Source: Candidatus Sumerlaeaceae bacterium
GTDB lineage: Bacteria > Sumerlaeota > Sumerlaeia > Sumerlaeales > Sumerlaeaceae
Length of the DNA: 64,000 nucleotides
NCBI GenBank assembly: GCA_049968255.1
Contig: JBMFRB010000003.1
Span: 320,998 to 384,997, forward strand
Reading direction: 5' to 3'
Shown in pieces: positions 19,922 through 30,941 of the stretch; the first letter of the stretch is position 1; every line of letters starts with the position of its first letter. The position numbers were made by a program, and so were the translations under genes. A model generated the notes under the pieces. It searched no databases, had not been told where the DNA came from, and saw nothing but the letters and a program-made list of their open reading frames with translations.

Positions 19922-21538
19922 CTAAGGATTCTGAGGGAAGTGGATTTGCCGCGGCGGATACGGGTTCGTGATCACTGTGTAACGCGCGTAAGCATCGGCG
20001 ATCTTGTTGTAGAGATCATAGCTCGTTGGCGCTCCCAAAGATGGGTCGAGTTTCAGTGCCTCCTGCCAAGCAAAAATGGCCCGCTGCAAATATTTTGCTG
20101 CCTCCACCTTTGGCGAGAACGCCCGCTTGCGCTCATCAAAATTTGTGCTCGTGTAGGCCGCGAGGTAAGAAAGGGCCTGGTTGTAATAGTCGTCGCCGCG
20201 CATTGCCAGGGCCTTAGCCTGCTGTAATACGTCTTTTTGCAGTCGCTCCTTCTCGACCTTCGCTTTTGTCGCAATTTCCTGCGCCCTTTGCACGATGTCC
20301 GGGAACATCGCATATTGCGACTGCACTTCGAGTGCTTTCTGCGTTGCTAAAAGGAACTGCTGCTCTGCCAAGAAATCGCTTGCATCCTTCAGCTCGCTTT
20401 CAGCGAAGCGGCGCAGCCCCTCCGCAGCGGTTTTATTCTCCGGCGCCATAGCCAGCACGTTGCGGTACTCCTCTTTGGCCACATCCAGCAAGCCGCGCTC
20501 TTGGGCAAATTTAGCCAACTGTGCCCGCTGCTCGGGATCATTCTGGTTCACCTGCGCTCGTTTGAGCATGTACTCGTAACGAGCTAGCGGTGTCGTGGGC
20601 TCATTGGGTGAAAACTGAAGGAACAACTTGTACGCCTCGATCGCCTTTTTGTAATCACCCTTTTCCGCATATTGCCGGTGGAGCATGTCGAACATCACGT
20701 AGACGCGCTGGCGCATTGTCTCGTTAGCGTATTTGGGCTCCTGCAAATATTTGAGGTAGATTGGCAGGGCTTCGTCGTAACGTTTCAGTTTGAAGAGGGC
20801 ATCCGCGACCTTGAGCTCATCCTCGGGACGTGTGCTATTCTTGTATTGCTCGACAACGGCCTCAAGTTTACTTGGGTCGCCTTCCCAGGCTTTAAGGAGG
20901 GCCTTGCGGATTTCGTCATTCTGTGGGTCGAGCCGCAGCGCGATCTGGAGCTTCTCCTGCGCTCCAGGGGGATCCTGATGGTCGAGTCGCGACTTGCCCC
21001 ACAAGTAATAGACGCGTGCAAAGGCTCGCTTATAGGCAGCGCTGCGTGGCGAGTTTTCGCCCGGATCTGCCGCCTTTAGCAAGCGGTTTGCTTCGTCGAA
21101 TTTGCCTTGTTCAGCCAGCGCCACGGCCTGCGCCAGCATCTCATCAATTTTGCGTATCAGCTCACGCTGCTTCGAGGCTTCCATCTGCTTGTAGGCGGCC
21201 TCCACTTTTTGCATGCCAGCTGTCACTGTTGTGTTGTTCGGGTCGGCTTCCACAGCCTTCTGGTAAGCCTCGTAAGCCTTCACAATTTCGTTCCGGGCGA
21301 AAAACTGGTCGCCGATATGCGCATAGCTCGCTGCCGTGGACTCTCGCAGGATGGAACTGATTTTCTCGCGCGGAATGGCGAGATCACCCGCTGCCGTTCG
21401 AATGGTGATCGTTTTGTCGCCCGGCACGTCTTTAATGATCAAGCCCTCTTGGCGTTGGCCGTCCTGCAACACGATCACATCCGCAGCCGTTGGCGCCGCC
21501 ACGGCCAGAGCAATGACTAATGCTGCGTAAACTTTCAT
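19922..21538 (-). CDS. Exported TPR-repeat protein
   Basis: Signal peptide MKVYAALVIALAVAAPTAA, DVIVLQDG module, repeated TPR-like helices. Confidence 0.75.
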   Translation of the reverse strand: MKVYAALVIALAVAAPTAADVIVLQDGQRQEGLIIKDVPGDKTITIRTAAGDLAIPREKISSILRESTAASYAHIGDQFFARNEIVKAYEAYQKAVEADPNNTTVTAGMQKVEAAYKQMEASKQRELIRKIDEMLAQAVALAEQGKFDEANRLLKAADPGENSPRSAAYKRAFARVYYLWGKSRLDHQDPPGAQEKLQIALRLDPQNDEIRKALLKAWEGDPSKLEAVVEQYKNSTRPEDELKVADALFKLKRYDEALPIYLKYLQEPKYANETMRQRVYVMFDMLHRQYAEKGDYKKAIEAYKLFLQFSPNEPTTPLARYEYMLKRAQVNQNDPEQRAQLAKFAQERGLLDVAKEEYRNVLAMAPENKTAAEGLRRFAESELKDASDFLAEQQFLLATQKALEVQSQYAMFPDIVQRAQEIATKAKVEKERLQKDVLQQAKALAMRGDDYYNQALSYLAAYTSTNFDERKRAFSPKVEAAKYLQRAIFAWQEALKLDPSLGAPTSYDLYNKIADAYARYTVITNPYPPRQIHFPQNP

Positions 21539-21632
21539 CGTTGCACCATCTCTTTGAAATTTGCCACACAATCGAGCTGTCCACTTTGAGTTACATTATT
21601 TAGAGAGCTGGGGCGACGTTCTGCAAGCAGAG

Positions 21633-23090
21633 ATGTTTCCCGACGTAAGAAAACCAGTGCAATCGGTCCCGCGCCAACTGTTTGGCGGAGCAATCGCAGC
21701 CGCAGTCTTTTCCATTTTGAGCTCCCTGGCAATTCGAGTTGGCGGTCCGCTAGCGCTGGTCGCAATGGTGGCTCTGGCGATTCTCACAGTCCTCCTGGCC
21801 ATCCACCCTTTTGTCTTTTTTGCGATGTATTTCGTTGCTTTGTTTTTTGCGGATACGCGAGTGCCTAGCCTCCCACTGAGCATCAACCAGATCCTTGCGC
21901 TGCTGTTCATCGTTTCGTGGGTCGGGCATTGGTTTCGCGGTAGCACCATTGCGTTGCGTTCGTCTGTCTTGCCTTGGCTCACCCTCATGGCAGTGTATTT
22001 CACTGCTAACGCTCTGCTTGGCGAGAGCCCGCCGCACGGCCAACTCATGGCGCGTTATGTTGTCATTTATTACGGCCTGGCTGTTCTTCTTGCCCTGTGC
22101 TTGCGCTCCGAACGCGCTATCTCTGCCTATGCGTGGATTAGTCTCGTTCTGACTTTCTTTGCGGCCGTTCTGGGCTTGTTCGAGGCAATTCAGCGGGGAA
22201 CATTCTCTGCCTTTGCAGGGAAGATCTCCGACGCCGTGCGGGTGAAAGGTACGGCATCCACGGCAAACGTTTACGGGTGGAATCTTCTTTTCGCTTTCCC
22301 CTTCGCGTTCTTCCTCTTTTCGCAGACGCGCCACAGGATTAAGCGAGCTGCAGCTCTGATCATGGGCCTATTTATTTTGTTTGTGGCGCTTCTCACGCTC
22401 AGCCGCCAAACCATGGTTCTTGTGATCCTACTTCTCATCGTATGCGTGCGTGTCTTCCAATATCCGAGCCGCCGTCAGGTGCTTGTGGGGACGACGGTTT
22501 TTCTTGCGCTCGCTGCTGGATTTGCTGCTCCACCGCTTGTTGCGCGATTGCTCTCTGTCACGCAGCTCTCGCGTGATTATTCCTATTTGGAGCGCCGCGA
22601 TAGCGTCCTCATCTGTCTCGAAGTGATCAAAGCTCGTCCTATCTTCGGCGTTGGGCTTGGTTCCTACACAGCTGTTTGGCGCAATTATCTTCCGAGAGAT
22701 TACAGCACGTTTTTCGCTCAGTACATTGAGCCAACTCGACCACGCGCGCCAGACCAAGGCTATCTCCAAATTACTGCCGAGGGAGGTGTTGTTGGGCTGC
22801 TGATTTTTCTGATCTTTGTGTTAGCGGTGGGGCGACAGGTCTGGCGCATTCGCCGCTTGGCAGCAATGCGTAACGACACCTTCGCATACAATTTAGCGGC
22901 CCTTGTGCTCGCTCTCATGCTACACTTTCTCGCCACCACGTTCACCGACGACACGTTCCTCTATGTTCGCGTGTGGCTGATCTATCCTCTTGCACTGCTA
23001 TTGGATGAACGGATGTTGTGGGGGCCTGCATTGCGCGAAGACACCCAAAATTCGACCGCCGACGCCACAACAGTCGGAGACATCGTGTGA
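21633..23090 (+). CDS. O-antigen ligase / Wzy_C family membrane protein
   Basis: Many TM helices, LTLSR, PIFGVGLGSY, AEGGVVG; start uncertain. Confidence 0.8.
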   Translation: MFPDVRKPVQSVPRQLFGGAIAAAVFSILSSLAIRVGGPLALVAMVALAILTVLLAIHPFVFFAMYFVALFFADTRVPSLPLSINQILALLFIVSWVGHWFRGSTIALRSSVLPWLTLMAVYFTANALLGESPPHGQLMARYVVIYYGLAVLLALCLRSERAISAYAWISLVLTFFAAVLGLFEAIQRGTFSAFAGKISDAVRVKGTASTANVYGWNLLFAFPFAFFLFSQTRHRIKRAAALIMGLFILFVALLTLSRQTMVLVILLLIVCVRVFQYPSRRQVLVGTTVFLALAAGFAAPPLVARLLSVTQLSRDYSYLERRDSVLICLEVIKARPIFGVGLGSYTAVWRNYLPRDYSTFFAQYIEPTRPRAPDQGYLQITAEGGVVGLLIFLIFVLAVGRQVWRIRRLAAMRNDTFAYNLAALVLALMLHFLATTFTDDTFLYVRVWLIYPLALLLDERMLWGPALREDTQNSTADATTVGDIV

Positions 23091-24265
23091 TGATTCGCGT
23101 GGCCCTTGTTTCCCACCTGTCCGAAATCTCCGGCGCAGGAATCGCGCTGCTGCGCATCGCACGCGCCCTGAACCCCTCGCGTTTCCAGACGTGCGTTGTG
23201 TTGCCGGGCAAGGGGCCACTTCTCGACCTTGCGCGCAATCAGGGCATACCTCATGTTGTGATTGAAAATCCTGAGCAAAGCTGGGCGGCCGCGCCGCTTC
23301 TGCTAAAACCAAAAATTCTCGCGCGCCGCATTGCCTATCTTCACGCTCTTACACAGTTCTATCGACGCGAGCGTTTCGACGTTGTCTATGTCAACACCAC
23401 TATCACCGTCTTTGCCGGCTTAGCAGCGCGCCTGGCGCACCTCCCTGTTGTCTGGCATGTCCGCGAGCTGCTAGAGAATCCCTCCCGTGCAGCGCGTGCG
23501 AAGATGTGGCTAATCGACCATCTCGCCGATGCCATTTTCTATGCCTCGGCCGCAAGCATGGCGCTTTTTCCAGCCTGTCGGGTCCGACGGCGTCTCGTTG
23601 TGCGAAACATCGTGGATGTGGAGCGTTTCGTCAAGGCAACCGTCCCGCCGTTGTTAGATGAGGAGCTGGGCATAGTGCCGGGCGAAATCGTGATCACTTC
23701 CAATGGCGTTTTCCCGCGCAAAGCGCCCGATCTCGTTTTGCGCGCGGCAGCGCTCTTGTGCGCGAGCCGCCGTGAACCGATACGAGTGCTCCTTGTTGGG
23801 CCCACGCTGCCAGAGCATCGTGGGTATGTTCAAGAGATGCGCACCCTCGCCGCCGAGTTAGGCATTGCCAACCGCGTGACTTTTACCGGGCTCCGAAACG
23901 ATATGCCTTCCATCCTTGCGCGAAGCGACGTGTTTGTGTCGGCCTCGCGCAACGAGGCGCAACCCAACATCATCAATGAAGCGCTGGTGGCAGGGGTTCC
24001 CGTCGTGGCCACAAATGTGGGTGACTGCCGTGCCATGTTGCGCGACGGGGAATTTGGTGAAGTGGTGCCGCCAGAGAATCCCCACGCGCTTGCTGCCGCT
24101 ATCGCACGGATTCTCGACGATCGTCAGGCGGCGCGTGCCCGGGCGCGGCGAGCCCAGGCCGAGATCATCCGTGAGTTCACGTCGCCCACATTTTGGCAGC
24201 CGGTGGAGCAAGTCCTGGAAGAATTAGCTCGCAAAAATAAGGATGCCAGTCGCGGTGCACAATGA
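23090..24265 (+). CDS. GT4 glycosyltransferase
   Basis: VVWHVRE, SRNEAQPNIINEALVAGVPVVATNVG (EX7E); ATG overlaps the upstream stop (TGATG). Confidence 0.88.
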   Translation: MIRVALVSHLSEISGAGIALLRIARALNPSRFQTCVVLPGKGPLLDLARNQGIPHVVIENPEQSWAAAPLLLKPKILARRIAYLHALTQFYRRERFDVVYVNTTITVFAGLAARLAHLPVVWHVRELLENPSRAARAKMWLIDHLADAIFYASAASMALFPACRVRRRLVVRNIVDVERFVKATVPPLLDEELGIVPGEIVITSNGVFPRKAPDLVLRAAALLCASRREPIRVLLVGPTLPEHRGYVQEMRTLAAELGIANRVTFTGLRNDMPSILARSDVFVSASRNEAQPNIINEALVAGVPVVATNVGDCRAMLRDGEFGEVVPPENPHALAAAIARILDDRQAARARARRAQAEIIREFTSPTFWQPVEQVLEELARKNKDASRGAQ

Positions 24266-24311
24266 AAAAGCGAGGACAGGATAAAACCTCGGCGGTAAAA
24301 TTCTTAGCGAA

Positions 24312-27197
24312 GTGATAATGAACAGAGCGAGCACAAAAAGAGTGGTCAGCTGGGTACTGGGGCGGAAGGTTGTGACGGGGATTCTGCTGATGTTGACGTA
24401 TGCCCTTGGCGCAGCCGACACAACCGAGCCAGCCACGCTAGGGACAACCGCCACTTTGCGGGCCAAGCCAGATTTCTTCCCCGTGGTGTTTGAAGACCGC
24501 AAAACCACACTGCCGACGACTTCGCTCATCGCGGGCGACTCCTCAGCGACGTTGGGGACCGTGACCGTTGATCTTAGCTCGACCGATACCCTCTCACTCG
24601 GCCGTGGGGCTGTCGCTGTCACCACTTCGCCTCAAGTCCTCGCATCGGTAGAACTCTCGCCGTCCCTGCCTATCGAAGTGGACCGCTCGACAACTGCCGC
24701 GATGGTACGTCAGCTCCACGAATTGGAGAAGCGCAACCTCTACGCTGAAGCATTTCTGCTTGCTTGCCAATTGGTGCGCGAAAATCCAGATGCGGAATTT
24801 GCGTACGATGCCGCCATTCGCACGGGGATTGTGTTGAGTCACGCGAATCCTGACCAGATGGAGCAGGAGCTCGAGTTTTTCTTTCACGAAGCGAAGCGTA
24901 CTGCTACGCTGCCTGGCCGCTACGTCCTTCAGCAGGCACACTATTATGAGCGCATGGGTAAACTCGAAAAATTCCGTAAGCTTGTGAGCGAATACGAAAA
25001 GCACAACACGAAAGATCCGGATTATTGGGTAACCCTGGCCCGGCTTTATGCAATGAGCGGCGAAACGGCCCGCTCGCGCGAGTTTCTCGAGCGGGCGTTG
25101 CGCGAAGTGCAAGACGTTTTCCCCTTAGTGCTGTTGGCGGCGCGGCTCTATCGCGAATTTGGAAGTTTCGACAAGGCTCGCCAAACACTGATTGCAGCGG
25201 TGGATCAAAATTACGGCCCGTGGCAGATGCGCTCACTTTTGCTCGAGTTTCTTAAGTTGCCAACTTTCGACCCTCCGGACGTGGCACAAATGGTGCGTGG
25301 CGCGCTAGCCAACGAAGTGCGCTACAGCGTAGCGCGAGGGCTTGCCGACGCAATCGTTGAGCGAGCCATCGAGCGGCGAGTCTTCTTCCGCTTTCAGCGT
25401 TTCTTGGATGAGCGCATTGCGGCAAAAAAGGCTTCGGACGTCGAAATGTGGCTAGCTGCCTTGTTAGCCCAGCGCGCCGGCGACGACAAGCGATCGTTCG
25501 AAATTCTCATGCTCGATCCCGCGAAGACAACACCGGTCATTTCCTACGAGCGAGCGCTGGCGCTGGCACGCGAGGGACGCCATAAAGAGGCGCACGACAT
25601 CCTGGCCATTTTAGTGGCCGAACAACCTCTGGAAATTCCTTTCCGTTTGGCGATGGCGCGCGAAGAGCTTGCAACCAGTCGTCCCCTCGATGTGCTCGAG
25701 ACACTTAGCCGACTCCGGCTGGAAGAACTGACTGGTTCCGATCGTGATGATTTTATCGACACGGCGATGAAAGCAGCCGTGATGACTGGCAACCCGCAAC
25801 GCATCATCGATCTCTGGCTCGACTTGGTGGGCGCTGCTACTTTTGCAGAAATTCAGACCATGGGCGACATCGTCGTGCGCGCATTGGAAAATGATCCTCA
25901 AGCACAGCACATCGAAGATGCCATAGCGGACGCCGTGCGCCAACCAGAGCGTTGGCCGCTCCTTGCTCTCCACGCGCGGCTGTACGGACGACATGGCAAC
26001 CACCGCGCTGAGATCGAAAGCTATGCTGCGTATCTTGAGCATGCAGCCGACGACACGCAAATGTTGCGTTTTGCTGCCCAGCTCGCGCTGCAGTACGCTA
26101 CCCGTCCGCTCCATATGGAGGCAAGCGCCGAACGCCAATCCACAGCAACGGTGCGCCTGCTCGACAACACACTCGTCGAGCATGCAGCTTCCTTTTATCG
26201 CCGTCTCATTGCGCTCCAGCCGATGGTGGGGGATAATTACTCAGCTCTCATGCGAGTCTATCAAGCGCGCGGCGAAATCGAGGCAGCAAAAAAAGTTGCC
26301 GCTGAACTGGCCGAAAAAAATACGTCCTCGCCGGAGCTGCTCGCAACGGCCGCCACAATTCTTGAGGAAAACGGTTTTCTCAACGAGGCTCTGCACTATT
26401 ACGAGCGCGCTCTCCAGGCCGATCCATCGGATTACGGTGTGTGGCTAAAGTATGCGGACGCGTTACTCGCTGCCGGCAGCCACAAGCAAGCTGAGCTTAT
26501 TTGCAAGAAAATGCTTGAAGAAGGCTATAGCGGCAAGCCTTACAATCAGCCCACTCTTCTGGCGTACTTGCTCAAGTTAGCAACCCTGACCCGCGAGACG
26601 AGCGGCTTGGTGGAGTATCTCTCCTCGCTGCGCGAAAAGAACATCCCCGGCAAACCAGAATTTTTGCTCAGCTCGGCTAAGCTGTTGCTTCAGATTGGCG
26701 CGCCAGACCAGGCTGTCGCCTCCGTCGCTAAGTTCCAGAAAGACTTCCCTGGCCACACGCTCCTTCAGGAAAGCTATTTGCTGGCCGGCCAGATTTGGTA
26801 CTCACGAGGGGACATTGAGAAAGCTATCGCCACGTTCCGTCTCGTCGAAGAGAAATTTCCCCAGTCGCAAGCGGCGATAACAGCCGCCTTTAACATTGCT
26901 GTGGCACAGGCAAGTGCAGGGCGTATTGACGAGGCACTCGAAACTTATCGCCGAATCGCCAAGCAATACTCTAACGACGACCACGCCTTGGGAGCGCTTT
27001 TTGAAGCAGCTGTGCTTGCCTCACGCGCACACAAAGACCCCGTGCTTATCAAGACTTTGCTCGAACAATTCCTCGCGACCGACTGTCAGGATTTTTCGTT
27101 GCGCAGGAACGCTCGCAAAGCGCTGGACGCTTTGGAGGCGGGCAAGCAACCCTTTGCCACCACTCAAGCCGTGCCGCCGAAAAGTTCCCGAATATGA
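24312..27197 (+). CDS. Large exported TPR-repeat protein
   Basis: N-terminal hydrophobic signal, Thr-rich linker, numerous TPR-like repeats, C-terminal BamD/YbgF-like repeats. Confidence 0.72.
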   Translation: MIMNRASTKRVVSWVLGRKVVTGILLMLTYALGAADTTEPATLGTTATLRAKPDFFPVVFEDRKTTLPTTSLIAGDSSATLGTVTVDLSSTDTLSLGRGAVAVTTSPQVLASVELSPSLPIEVDRSTTAAMVRQLHELEKRNLYAEAFLLACQLVRENPDAEFAYDAAIRTGIVLSHANPDQMEQELEFFFHEAKRTATLPGRYVLQQAHYYERMGKLEKFRKLVSEYEKHNTKDPDYWVTLARLYAMSGETARSREFLERALREVQDVFPLVLLAARLYREFGSFDKARQTLIAAVDQNYGPWQMRSLLLEFLKLPTFDPPDVAQMVRGALANEVRYSVARGLADAIVERAIERRVFFRFQRFLDERIAAKKASDVEMWLAALLAQRAGDDKRSFEILMLDPAKTTPVISYERALALAREGRHKEAHDILAILVAEQPLEIPFRLAMAREELATSRPLDVLETLSRLRLEELTGSDRDDFIDTAMKAAVMTGNPQRIIDLWLDLVGAATFAEIQTMGDIVVRALENDPQAQHIEDAIADAVRQPERWPLLALHARLYGRHGNHRAEIESYAAYLEHAADDTQMLRFAAQLALQYATRPLHMEASAERQSTATVRLLDNTLVEHAASFYRRLIALQPMVGDNYSALMRVYQARGEIEAAKKVAAELAEKNTSSPELLATAATILEENGFLNEALHYYERALQADPSDYGVWLKYADALLAAGSHKQAELICKKMLEEGYSGKPYNQPTLLAYLLKLATLTRETSGLVEYLSSLREKNIPGKPEFLLSSAKLLLQIGAPDQAVASVAKFQKDFPGHTLLQESYLLAGQIWYSRGDIEKAIATFRLVEEKFPQSQAAITAAFNIAVAQASAGRIDEALETYRRIAKQYSNDDHALGALFEAAVLASRAHKDPVLIKTLLEQFLATDCQDFSLRRNARKALDALEAGKQPFATTQAVPPKSSRI

Positions 27198-27325
27198 CTG
27201 CGCATGTCCCCGTTGCCGTCAGACCTATGACTTGACCGCCATGCTCAGTTTTGCGGTTCTTTGCAGGATCGCGGATGTTTTTGGAGTAGATGATTACGAG
27301 TTAGCGAGAAAACGCACGACGCCCC

Positions 27326-28168
27326 ATGTCGTCAGTATATTCACCGACAGCTATGCATCGCATCCCCCTCGAAAGGGAGTTATTGCAACAGCGCCGCCTG
27401 CTGAGCCTCTTCGTGCGGCGCGAGCTTCGTGGGCGCTATGCTGGCTCGCTGCTGGGCATTTTTTGGTCGGTCATCCATCCACTCGTCATGCTCGCTCTCT
27501 ACATTATTGTGTTTTCTACGCTCGTCCCTCGCAGCGGGCGATTGCCGTTTCGCTCCGCAACCGCCGAATACGCCGTCTTCCTCTGCCCTGCACTCATTGC
27601 TTGGAATTGGCTCCACGAAGGAATCCTTGGGGCCTGCGGCTCGATCGTTGCGAACGCCCCCCTTATTCGCAAAACTGTTTTCCCCGTGGGGATCCTTCCT
27701 ACCGTCTCCGTAGTTGCAAGCGCCACCGGTTTCGTTGTGGCCATGCTAGCCTTCGTGATTTTTCTGGCTGCAGCCGGCCTCGCTTCTTGGAATCTTCTCC
27801 TTTGGCTACCGCTCTTGGCCATTCTTCAGCTCGTTTTTCTTCTGGGGCCAGCATATGTTTTTGCCACGCTGAATGTCTTTCTTCGCGATACAAATCAGGT
27901 GCTATTTGCCGTGTTACAGGTGCTCTTCTGGGCCACGCCGATTGTTTATCCGGCGGAAGTCATCGCCAAGCACTCAGCTGTCTTCGAGTGGTGGTATCGG
28001 CTCAACCCTGTAGCGCGCTTTGTCGATTGTTATCGCCAAGTCATCATCCTCGGCAAAGCGCCCGACGCGGAATCGCTCATTTATTTGAGCATCGTGGCCA
28101 TCCTCTTGTATTACGGTGGGCGCACCGCTTTCGAACGCGCCCGCGGACGGTTCGCTGACGAGGTCTAG
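27326..28168 (+). CDS. wzm: ABC-2 polysaccharide export permease (Wzm)
   Basis: RRELRGRYAGSLLGIFW, LIRKTVFP, FLRD, FWATPIVYP, LNP. Confidence 0.88.
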   Translation: MSSVYSPTAMHRIPLERELLQQRRLLSLFVRRELRGRYAGSLLGIFWSVIHPLVMLALYIIVFSTLVPRSGRLPFRSATAEYAVFLCPALIAWNWLHEGILGACGSIVANAPLIRKTVFPVGILPTVSVVASATGFVVAMLAFVIFLAAAGLASWNLLLWLPLLAILQLVFLLGPAYVFATLNVFLRDTNQVLFAVLQVLFWATPIVYPAEVIAKHSAVFEWWYRLNPVARFVDCYRQVIILGKAPDAESLIYLSIVAILLYYGGRTAFERARGRFADEV

Positions 28169-28170
28169 CA

Positions 28171-29874
28171 ATGGATTCCTACGCGATCGAAGCCGTAGCC
28201 GTGCGCAAGGTTTACCGCCACTATGGCTCGCCGTGGCAACGCGTCCGCAGCCTGGTCGCTGGCCGCGTACCGGCGCGTGAGTTCGTGGCACTCGACGACG
28301 TGACACTTTGTGTGACCAAGGGTAGCGCGCTCGGAGTGCTTGGTCCCAATGGTGCCGGCAAAAGCACGCTCCTCAAAATTCTCGCAGGGATCGTCGAGCC
28401 GACGTCCGGGCAAGTCGCTGTTCACGGCAGTGTAGGGTCAATCCTCGAGCTTGGCGCTGGTTTTCATCCTGAATTCACTGGACGCGAAAACCTCGTGCTC
28501 AACGCCGCTCTGTTGGGCTATCCACCTGAGCGCACAAGTGAGATCCTTGCGCGCGTCGAAGAATTCTGTGAGCTAGGGCCTTATCTGGATCTTCCCGTGA
28601 AAACATACTCCTCGGGGATGTTTGTTCGGCTTGCTTTCAGCGCCGCCATTGCCATCGAGCCAGATATCTTGCTGGTTGACGAAGCGTTGGCCGTGGGCGA
28701 CGCCGTCTTCGCGCACCGCTGCCTTGCCCGCGTCCGTGAGTTGCGAGAGCGCGGATGCACTATCGTTTTTGTGACCCACGACACTGCCACTCTCACTCAG
28801 GTTTGCGACCGTGCCATTCTTCTCGCGCAAGGCCGGATTGTCGCCGACGGTTTGCCGCGCGAGGTGGTGGACCTTTATCTCGTCCGTGTGGCGGAACAGT
28901 TAGCCAAAAGTGCCTCGCAAGAAAAAGGGGCCCCCATTCACGTTGTGGGTGCCCGCGAAAGCAGCAACGTCAGCCCGACGCGCTTCGGCTCATTCCAAGC
29001 CGAGATCGTGGAATGTGCCGTCGAGGGTGCCGATGGCCGCCCGCTGCAACGCATCGTCAGCGGGACCCCAGTCCGCCTGCGTATGCTTGTTCGCTTTCAC
29101 CGCGGCGTGGAGAATCCCGTCTTCGGCGTGATGATCAAGAATCGCCACGGTGTGGAAATCTTTGGCACCAACACGCACCTGCGCACGATGAACACAGGGA
29201 GTTTCCAGGCGGGCGACATAGCTCAGGCATGCTTTGATCTGCCACTCATCCTCGGTACCGGCACGTATTCAGTCTCTTACGCTGTGCACACGGCTGATGG
29301 GCATTTTTTTGACTACCGTGTGGATGCGCAGCTCTGCGAAGTCATTGGTGTGGCCGAGGCCGTGGGGATCGTAAATTTGCCTGTCGCCGTAAGTGTGGCG
29401 AAGGCTGCTGACTCGCTCAGTGCGCCGGTGGCTGATCTTGCGGCACACCTCTACGCCGATGCACCAACCTTGCTCGACATGAGTGAGCGTTGTGATCGTT
29501 TCCTGGCAGGGGAGTGGCATGTGCCGGAAACCGACAGCGAGGGCACATACCGCTGGCTTGGACGCGAGGGTCTAGCTTTTGTTGCGGCCGGCCGTGGCCG
29601 CACTCTCGAGACAGACGTGCAAACGTTTGCCCCCGACGTGGCTGGCGATCCCCTAATTCTACGCATTCTTGTCAATGGTCACGAGCTGGGGCAAGTTGAG
29701 CTCAACGATTCGCGCAGGCGAATTGTGCGCCTGGGTGTTCCATCTGAAATTCTCCGGCCCATCAACACGATCACGCTTGTGGCATCACGCGTGTGGTCGC
29801 CGACGCAATTCAACACATCCTTGCGCGATGCACGCCAACTCAGCGTGCTGGTGCGCAGGATCGCGGTCCCATGA
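28171..29874 (+). CDS. wzt: Polysaccharide ABC exporter ATPase (Wzt) with Wzt_C domain and extra C-terminal domain
   Basis: GPNGAGKST, TGREN, YSSGMFVRLAF, LLVDEALAVGD, Wzt_C (RFGS..AEI, IFGTNT). Confidence 0.88.
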   Translation: MDSYAIEAVAVRKVYRHYGSPWQRVRSLVAGRVPAREFVALDDVTLCVTKGSALGVLGPNGAGKSTLLKILAGIVEPTSGQVAVHGSVGSILELGAGFHPEFTGRENLVLNAALLGYPPERTSEILARVEEFCELGPYLDLPVKTYSSGMFVRLAFSAAIAIEPDILLVDEALAVGDAVFAHRCLARVRELRERGCTIVFVTHDTATLTQVCDRAILLAQGRIVADGLPREVVDLYLVRVAEQLAKSASQEKGAPIHVVGARESSNVSPTRFGSFQAEIVECAVEGADGRPLQRIVSGTPVRLRMLVRFHRGVENPVFGVMIKNRHGVEIFGTNTHLRTMNTGSFQAGDIAQACFDLPLILGTGTYSVSYAVHTADGHFFDYRVDAQLCEVIGVAEAVGIVNLPVAVSVAKAADSLSAPVADLAAHLYADAPTLLDMSERCDRFLAGEWHVPETDSEGTYRWLGREGLAFVAAGRGRTLETDVQTFAPDVAGDPLILRILVNGHELGQVELNDSRRRIVRLGVPSEILRPINTITLVASRVWSPTQFNTSLRDARQLSVLVRRIAVP

Positions 29875-30941
29875 GTGCGCGGCCCCCGCACATCGACGTT
29901 GTTGTTGCCTCGCTGGACGAGAGGGACGGCGTGTCGTTCGACTCGCTGCAGTGCCACGCAGCGCTAAAGGCGCTTGGCGTCGAATCCCACCTCTTCTGCG
30001 ATTACAATCGAAGTGCCGTCGCTGCACGCCAATGGGCCCACCATTATTTGGCGATGCGCGATCACTCCAGGCCAGATGCCGTGCTTTACGTGTACTCTGT
30101 GCAGTCGCCCATCAGCATGTATTTGCGCCAGCAGGGCTGGCCGGTTGTACTCCGTTATCAAAATATTACGCCGCCGCATTTCTTTGAACCTTATGATCCC
30201 GAATTTGCTCGCCACCTTGCCCAAGGACGCGAAGAGTTAGCCCAATTGTGCGCGCACGTGTTCGCCGGAATTTGTCCCTCACGCTTCAATGCGTCGGAGC
30301 TCGAAAACTATGGCGTGCGGCAAATTCACGTTGTCGCGAATTTTTGTCGTCTCAAAGAAAGAACCTCCGCTTTGCCGCCAGAATCCTTTGTTCGTCTCCT
30401 GTTTGTCGGCCGTGTGGTGCCGAACAAATGTCAACACGAACTCGTGGACGTAGCGTCGCGCCTATGCAGAACGTATGGTCGCAAGGTTGAGCTCGTTCTC
30501 GCGGGGTCGACGACTCGCTGCAGTCTCTATGCGTCTCTTGTGCGAGAGTATGCGCGCAATGGCGGTGTCCCTGTTCATGTGCTCGAAGAGTTTTCAGAAC
30601 AGGAAAATGTTTACACTGGCGCACATTTCTATTTGTCGCTCAGCGAGCACGAAGGATTCGGCATGCCTCTTGTTGAAGCAATGTCAGCTGGAGTTCCTGT
30701 CCTCGCTTATGGAGCGGCCGCCGTGCCGGAAGTGGTCGGCGACGGCGGAGTGGTGTTCGACACGAAAGACAAGGATTTCGTTGCCGCACTCATCGAAGCA
30801 ATCGTGCACGAGCCGGCGCGTTGGCAGCAACTCGCTGAGGCCGGCGTCAAGCGCGCCGGCGAGTTTCGTCATCACAGACTCCGAACACAGCTCGCAGGCG
30901 CATTACGAAGTCTAGGTTTCGAGGTAGGCGATGGCGCATAA
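29871..30941 (+). CDS. GT4 glycosyltransferase
   Basis: YQNITP, LFVGRVVPNK, SEHEGFGMPLVEAMSAGVPV; ATGA overlap with wzt. Confidence 0.88.
   Translation: MSARPPHIDVVVASLDERDGVSFDSLQCHAALKALGVESHLFCDYNRSAVAARQWAHHYLAMRDHSRPDAVLYVYSVQSPISMYLRQQGWPVVLRYQNITPPHFFEPYDPEFARHLAQGREELAQLCAHVFAGICPSRFNASELENYGVRQIHVVANFCRLKERTSALPPESFVRLLFVGRVVPNKCQHELVDVASRLCRTYGRKVELVLAGSTTRCSLYASLVREYARNGGVPVHVLEEFSEQENVYTGAHFYLSLSEHEGFGMPLVEAMSAGVPVLAYGAAAVPEVVGDGGVVFDTKDKDFVAALIEAIVHEPARWQQLAEAGVKRAGEFRHHRLRTQLAGALRSLGFEVGDGA

Noticed and set aside
26896-28158. 420-aa plus-strand ORF
   Set aside because: Off-frame overlap of the TPR gene and wzm; Arg/Cys/Ser-rich non-coding composition
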